This document shows positions 55,331 to 59,360 of a stretch of DNA of 59,360 nt, piece by piece (the stretch's first letter is position 1; every line of letters begins with the position of its first letter). The notes under the pieces are model-generated. The model saw only the letters and a program-made list of their open reading frames with translations. It was not told where the DNA came from and made no database searches. The position numbers and the translations under genes are program-made. The stretch is from Candidatus Woesearchaeota archaeon (lineage in GTDB: Archaea; Nanobdellota; Nanobdellia; UBA10117). Location of the stretch: positions 1-59,360 of the forward strand of contig CAYGXM010000005.1 in the NCBI GenBank assembly GCA_964354105.1, written 5' to 3'.

Positions 55331-55660
55331 TTCAACTATATATACTTTTTGCTATAATTTCGCCAAAAAAGCCAGGGATTTTGGTGAAAACTTAGGAGAA
55401 ATCTGCTAAAAAACTAACAAAATTTTTACTATTTTTTGATCAAAAATTTTATCAAGATTTTTACCGGAAAACCAGGGGAATTTCCCAGGGCCTGCCGCTT
55501 AAACCTAGCTGGAAGTGAGGTAAAATCTCCTTTAAGATTTAACCCTTAAATCAATCTTTAGCTTCAAATTAGCTCAAAAGTGAGTGTTCAGAAGGACTAA
55601 AATCTGCCTAAACTAGCGCCAAAACCTGGAGAGATGAAAAAAGCTTAAGAAATTATTTAA

Positions 55661-55687
55661 TTTCCATATTACAGTTCAATATGGAAA
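55661..55687. promoter_or_regulatory. perfect inverted repeat TTTCCATATT-ACAGTTC-AATATGGAAA
   Basis: 10-bp arms upstream of the promoter of the second Lrp-domain gene. Confidence 0.5.
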
Positions 55688-55744
55688 GGCTTAAAAGTGA
55701 GATAAGCTTATATTCTCAAGCACATAATAAGATGCGGTGAAAAA

Positions 55745-55972
55745 ATGCTAGCTTACATTTTGTTAGGGGTCCAACCTAATACTGAGGATAAAGTTTACCA
55801 GAAGCTTAAAAAATTGAAAGAAGTGAGACTTGTTAATCTATTATTCGGAAGCTGGGATGTAATCGCGCAGGTCGAAGTGCCGAATACGGCTGCTTTGAAC
55901 GAATTTATGCTTGACAAGATCAGAAAGATAACAGAAGTGAGCATGTCAGCCACAATGATAGTGGCAAAGTGA
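55745..55972 (+). CDS. stand-alone Lrp/AsnC ligand-binding domain protein
   Basis: AYILLGV...LFGSWDVIAQVEV...SATMIV. Confidence 0.85.
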   Translation: MLAYILLGVQPNTEDKVYQKLKKLKEVRLVNLLFGSWDVIAQVEVPNTAALNEFMLDKIRKITEVSMSATMIVAK

Positions 55973-56055
55973 GAGAGTTAGGCATTACTATATATACTCT
56001 TCAAAATAAAAAAAATCGACTCACAGAGGCGCTATTTAATACAAATTAACGAGGC

Positions 56056-56679
56056 ATGGCATTCTTAAGGATAAAGCCAGTTCGAAAGGTGTGTAAAGAC
56101 ACTGGGAAAGCTTCTACATACCATTATGTCTATGAAGTTGAATCTTATAAGAGCAGGGGGAAAGTAAAACAAAAAACATTGCGGCTCCTCGGCAGATACA
56201 TCCAGCTTGAGAAACAAAAACAAAAGAATTTTCCTATTAAAAGGGCGCTAGGGTGCGATTCTAAAGAACAACTTTTCAAAGAAATATTTGCACTAAATCT
56301 TGCAAACTATGGATTTGAGCCTGATACGCCTGACATTTTCAGGCGCGACAACATCATTGCAAACCTAAAAACCTGCAAGGTGTTTGATATGAATTCCAAT
56401 AGGGACATTTATTTGAACTTGAATGGCAAATTTTTTGGCACGTACACATTAAAGAAAGCTATAAAATCAGATGCTACAAACCTAGTTGATTTTGTCAAAG
56501 CAATCACAGATTCCGGGGCAATAGGCATCGAATTTTCAGAATTCAAGAACCATAAAGAAGGCCATGAGCCCAGTCATAATCTAAAGCTCCTGCAAATCAT
56601 CCTAGACAGGTTTGGATCAAATCTGGATAAGATGAAAGAAATGGATTTTGAAACATTCAAGGAAGAAATAGGCTACTAA
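56056..56679 (+). CDS. hypothetical protein with IS1634-transposase-like N-terminal domain
   Basis: MAFLRIK...YVYEVESY...GKVKQKTLRLLGRY; no DDE core recognised. Confidence 0.55.
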   Translation: MAFLRIKPVRKVCKDTGKASTYHYVYEVESYKSRGKVKQKTLRLLGRYIQLEKQKQKNFPIKRALGCDSKEQLFKEIFALNLANYGFEPDTPDIFRRDNIIANLKTCKVFDMNSNRDIYLNLNGKFFGTYTLKKAIKSDATNLVDFVKAITDSGAIGIEFSEFKNHKEGHEPSHNLKLLQIILDRFGSNLDKMKEMDFETFKEEIGY

Positions 56680-56759
56680 GTGAATCTCTTAATGGTGTTT
56701 TTGCTTTTCCCTCAATAAGCAAGTTTAGTTTTACAAACCTTGAGAAATAACACTTCGTT

Positions 56760-57197
56760 CTAGGCTTTCTTTTCAGCTTTTGCTTCTGTACCTATTACAA
56801 ATTTAGGCAGCTTTATTGGGGTTGGCAATCTTAACTGGCTTGCCATTGCAATAGACTGCAATAAACCGATTTCTAGCGCCCTGTTATTAACAATCAAGGC
56901 GATGTTTTCATCTGGCAAAGCTTTCTTCTCTTTCCAGCTCTTTTCAATATCATCAAGCTCTTTCTTGTCGCCCAAATAAAATATTGTTCCTTCAACTTCT
57001 ATCTTGGAGCCATTTTCGCCGTATGTTGTTGTAAAGAGAAAATCAAAATCCATGCCTTGTTTCTTGTCTTCTCCAATTACAAGATTTTTCTTCTCTACAT
57101 TAGAAATTTTAATGTTGGTAGAAATAGTCATTTTCCTCTGCAAAGGCTTTCGCTCTGCAAGAATCTTGTTTATCTGGTCTGCAACTATGTAACCCAT
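56760..57197 (-). CDS. conserved archaeal protein, possibly SecB-like/arcadin-1-like fold
   Basis: INKILAER, ISTNIKI, FDFLFTTTY, IEVEG, LRLPTPIKLPK pattern; family assignment from memory. Confidence 0.55.
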   Translation of the reverse strand: MGYIVADQINKILAERKPLQRKMTISTNIKISNVEKKNLVIGEDKKQGMDFDFLFTTTYGENGSKIEVEGTIFYLGDKKELDDIEKSWKEKKALPDENIALIVNNRALEIGLLQSIAMASQLRLPTPIKLPKFVIGTEAKAEKKA

Positions 57198-57221
57198 GAT
57201 TTCAGCTCTGAAATAAGCTAT

Positions 57222-58091
57222 TTAACAGTTTCGCAAGCCTTCCCCAAACCTAATTTGTTTAGGCTCTTTGCAAGGACGTCTTCCACCATAATAGCGCTCC
57301 TTCAAAGCGCTGCAATCTATTTTCTTGCCATCCCAAGTTATTGCAGCTTTTTGGTTATTGCAATTAGGATAAGCGCTGCAGCCTTCCTGGCCAGTATATG
57401 TTAATTCCATGTTGTATTTCTGGCCTAATTCTTTTGCCAGTACTTTAACATTATCCCATTCTTCTTCCGAAAGCTTTTCCAAATCCCTTGCCCTGCCCTG
57501 ATAAACCGGCTTGAGGAAGTGCAATCTTGTCTTTTGATAGTCTGCCCTGCAATGTTTATCAACAATCTTGATTATATTTTCCAAATCATTGTAATTTTCC
57601 TTTAGCACGCACGTATGGAATGAATAATTGTACTGCAAATCTCTTGCCCGCTTAACGCTCTCAAGCATGTTCTTTATTGGCTGCCGGTCGAAAACATCCA
57701 GCGGATTTTCGGTGCTTGTTGCTATGCAGTCATGTAAATCCCAGTTGCCATGTATCGAAAATACCAATTCATCAATATACGGCCTGCAGGCCTGCAATTC
57801 TTCAATTGGCAAGGCTTCGTGATCGCTATAATTGCCGGATGTTAAAACAATAACTTGTCTGTTCTCGGCTTTTGTGGCCTTTACAATTCGCTGAAAATCC
57901 GGGTGCTTAGGTGGGTCGCCGCCAGAAAACCTAATAATCTCAAAATCAGCATATTCTTTGACAAACCTTATGATGCTGTCTAAAGATACATATGTAGCTA
58001 TATCTGCAAAATCTGACACCGCTTCGGATGAGCACATCTTGCAATGAAGCGAGCATGCGTTAGTTATCTCAATTGTTAGCTCTTTTGACAT
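57222..58091 (-). CDS. radical SAM protein with C-terminal Cys cluster (SPASM/Twitch-like)
   Basis: CSLHCKMC, FSGGDP, C-terminal CSAYPNC...C...C. Confidence 0.92.
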   Translation of the reverse strand: MSKELTIEITNACSLHCKMCSSEAVSDFADIATYVSLDSIIRFVKEYADFEIIRFSGGDPPKHPDFQRIVKATKAENRQVIVLTSGNYSDHEALPIEELQACRPYIDELVFSIHGNWDLHDCIATSTENPLDVFDRQPIKNMLESVKRARDLQYNYSFHTCVLKENYNDLENIIKIVDKHCRADYQKTRLHFLKPVYQGRARDLEKLSEEEWDNVKVLAKELGQKYNMELTYTGQEGCSAYPNCNNQKAAITWDGKKIDCSALKERYYGGRRPCKEPKQIRFGEGLRNC

Positions 58092-58125
58092 GCAAAAGAA
58101 TGGATGGAAAGGAATAAGAAATTAG

Positions 58126-58236
58126 CGGGCCCGGGATGATTTGAACACCCGTTAGACGCTGGTTGCACAGCAAGCTCCGCAAACGAAGTTTGCCCTACCG
58201 CAAGCGCCTGTCCTATCCAAGCTAGACGACGAGCCC
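58126..58236 (-). tRNA. tRNA-Arg(GCG) with 37-nt intron at 37/38 (58161-58197)
   Basis: GGGCTCG/CGGGCCC acceptor; GGCGC-TTGCGG|A-GCGTC; BHB helix TTGC/GCAA. Confidence 0.92.
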
Positions 58237-58275
58237 TTAAACAGATTTAAAAATCCAAGATTTAAAAGCTTACAT

Positions 58276-58363
58276 AGCCCTATCGTCCAGCGGTCAAGGA
58301 TACAAGCCTCTGGTTATAGCAAAGAGAAAGCTTGGGACACCGGTTCGAATCCGGTTAGGGCTA
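58276..58363 (+). tRNA. tRNA-Gln(CTG) with 15-nt intron at 37/38 (58314-58328)
   Basis: A1-U72 acceptor AGCCCTA/TAGGGCT; CAAGC-CTCTGG|A-GCTTG; BHB helix CTCT/AGAG. Confidence 0.93.
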
Positions 58364-58372
58364 CTAATCAAA

Positions 58373-58807
58373 ATGAGTTACAAACAGGAAATGTCGGTAT
58401 TCGGAAGCTATGTAACTTACTTATTCATAGCTCTAGGCTTCCTTTTAACATCCCATATAACACAATTCTACCAGTTAATTGTAGCATTCGCTATTCTGTA
58501 TGCAATTGTCTTTCCAATTCGGATGGTTTGGTTCAAGAACAGGCCTAAAATGGAGCCACACCACGACTGGATTTCAAAGTTTACAGCTAATTCGTTAATC
58601 AGCATACACACAGCCAGAGCTGTAATCCTTGCCTCTGTCCTGCTATCGTACTTTAGCTTCAAGCCAATGTTTATGGCTCTGGGAGCTTTAATGATAGCTA
58701 TGGTTTGCATATCCAGATATCTCTTAAGAAAACACAGGCCTATGGATATCGCGGCTGGCCTGTTAGTAGGCTCTCTAATCGCAACGGTTGTTTTGGCGTT
58801 TGTTTAG
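58373..58807 (+). CDS. PAP2 family membrane phosphatase
   Basis: RP, SIH, SR-x5-H-x3-D motifs. Confidence 0.85.
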   Translation: MSYKQEMSVFGSYVTYLFIALGFLLTSHITQFYQLIVAFAILYAIVFPIRMVWFKNRPKMEPHHDWISKFTANSLISIHTARAVILASVLLSYFSFKPMFMALGALMIAMVCISRYLLRKHRPMDIAAGLLVGSLIATVVLAFV

Positions 58808-59132
58808 CATTATCACTTTTAGTTTTTCTTAACTTCTTGGATATTTTTGCGTGCGCATGGCTTCCGCTTGGATCATATGGGCAAAATTTTTCTTGTTTCA
58901 GCTTGTTATATTCGCGTGTAACATACCCGGCAAGCTTGTTTCTTAACTTTTTCAAGCTGTATCGGATTTCTGGATTGTATGTTGGACTTATAGATACTAA
59001 AGTTTGCTCATAACCGATCAACTTGTTAACTAAATCCTTATTTGCTTCAAAATCAGACGACAGCGCATGATTATACTTGCCTAGTATTATATTTCCAGCA
59101 GTTTTGATATAATGCGAAACTGGAGTTCCCAT
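58740..59132 (-). CDS. hypothetical protein
   Basis: 130-aa ORF; 3' end overlaps the PAP2 gene. Confidence 0.5.
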   Translation of the reverse strand: MGTPVSHYIKTAGNIILGKYNHALSSDFEANKDLVNKLIGYEQTLVSISPTYNPEIRYSLKKLRNKLAGYVTREYNKLKQEKFCPYDPSGSHAHAKISKKLRKTKSDNAKQTPKQPLRLESLLTGQPRYP

Positions 59133-59198
59133 CTCCAGTGTTTAAAGAAAAGTGATTTAAGGCTTGCTAATCGATTACTGATAGGATTTTTAATTGCT

Positions 59199-59360
59199 TT
59201 ATTGGTGCTGAATTTCATTCATTAGATAAAGCCGCTCTTTATCATCAAGGTAATTCACCAGTTCCGTATAGCGTGTTCTAACCATAAGCGAGTTTATTCC
59301 CGTAGCCTCTTCAACATCCCGCTGCGTCCTTTCTTGATCGCATAAAATAGATGCTATGTA
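59199..59360 (-). CDS. TFB/TFIIB-like protein, C-terminal fragment
   Basis: Hand translation YIASILCDQERTQRDVEEATGINSLMVRTRYTELVNYL matches the second cyclin repeat/HTH pattern; N-terminus lies outside the window. Confidence 0.7.
   Translation of the reverse strand, partial: YIASILCDQERTQRDVEEATGINSLMVRTRYTELVNYLDDKERLYLMNEIQHQ

Noticed and set aside
52710-58126. tRNA-Arg-integrated island bounded by att repeats
   Set aside because: No duplicate of the tRNA-Arg 3' end was found by eye near xerA or elsewhere
1-59360. Alternative genetic code or programmed stop readthrough
   Set aside because: Conserved genes are full length and end at TAA, TAG or TGA in the expected places

Overview
This is a compact, AT-rich (Lys-rich proteome) archaeal chromosomal segment. 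The divergent core genes and near absence of metabolic genes point to a DPANN (Nanobdellota/Woesearchaeota-like) lineage, which is an inference. About 50 kb is housekeeping: ribosomal protein clusters, eIF6, prefoldin, FtsY/SRP54 plus SRP RNA, RNA polymerase subunits, Spt4/5, Kae1, AlaRS, AlaX, IleRS, RFC, TBP, MCM, RPA, FtsZ, SecE, RlmE and two archaeal lipid enzymes. All four tRNAs are intron-containing. tRNA-Phe carries three predicted BHB introns (37/38, 46/47, 59/60) and is overlapped by a convergent LAGLIDADG endonuclease gene. tRNA-Ser has a D-loop intron. From 51.8 to 55.7 kb lies an accessory region: a XerA recombinase with an 11-6-11 dif-like site directly upstream, followed by co-oriented small genes separated by repeated hairpins, including two paralogous CxxC-x17-CxxC zinc-ribbon genes with conserved structured leaders. 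Other notable items are a CBS + HPF-like (ribosome hibernation) fusion, rps27ae with no ATG (ATC start candidate), a 23-aa Lys/Arg micropeptide with its own promoter, SD and terminator, an ART-fold protein, and an arginine decarboxylase homologue lacking its catalytic residues. Several small genes missing from the supplied ORF track were translated by hand.
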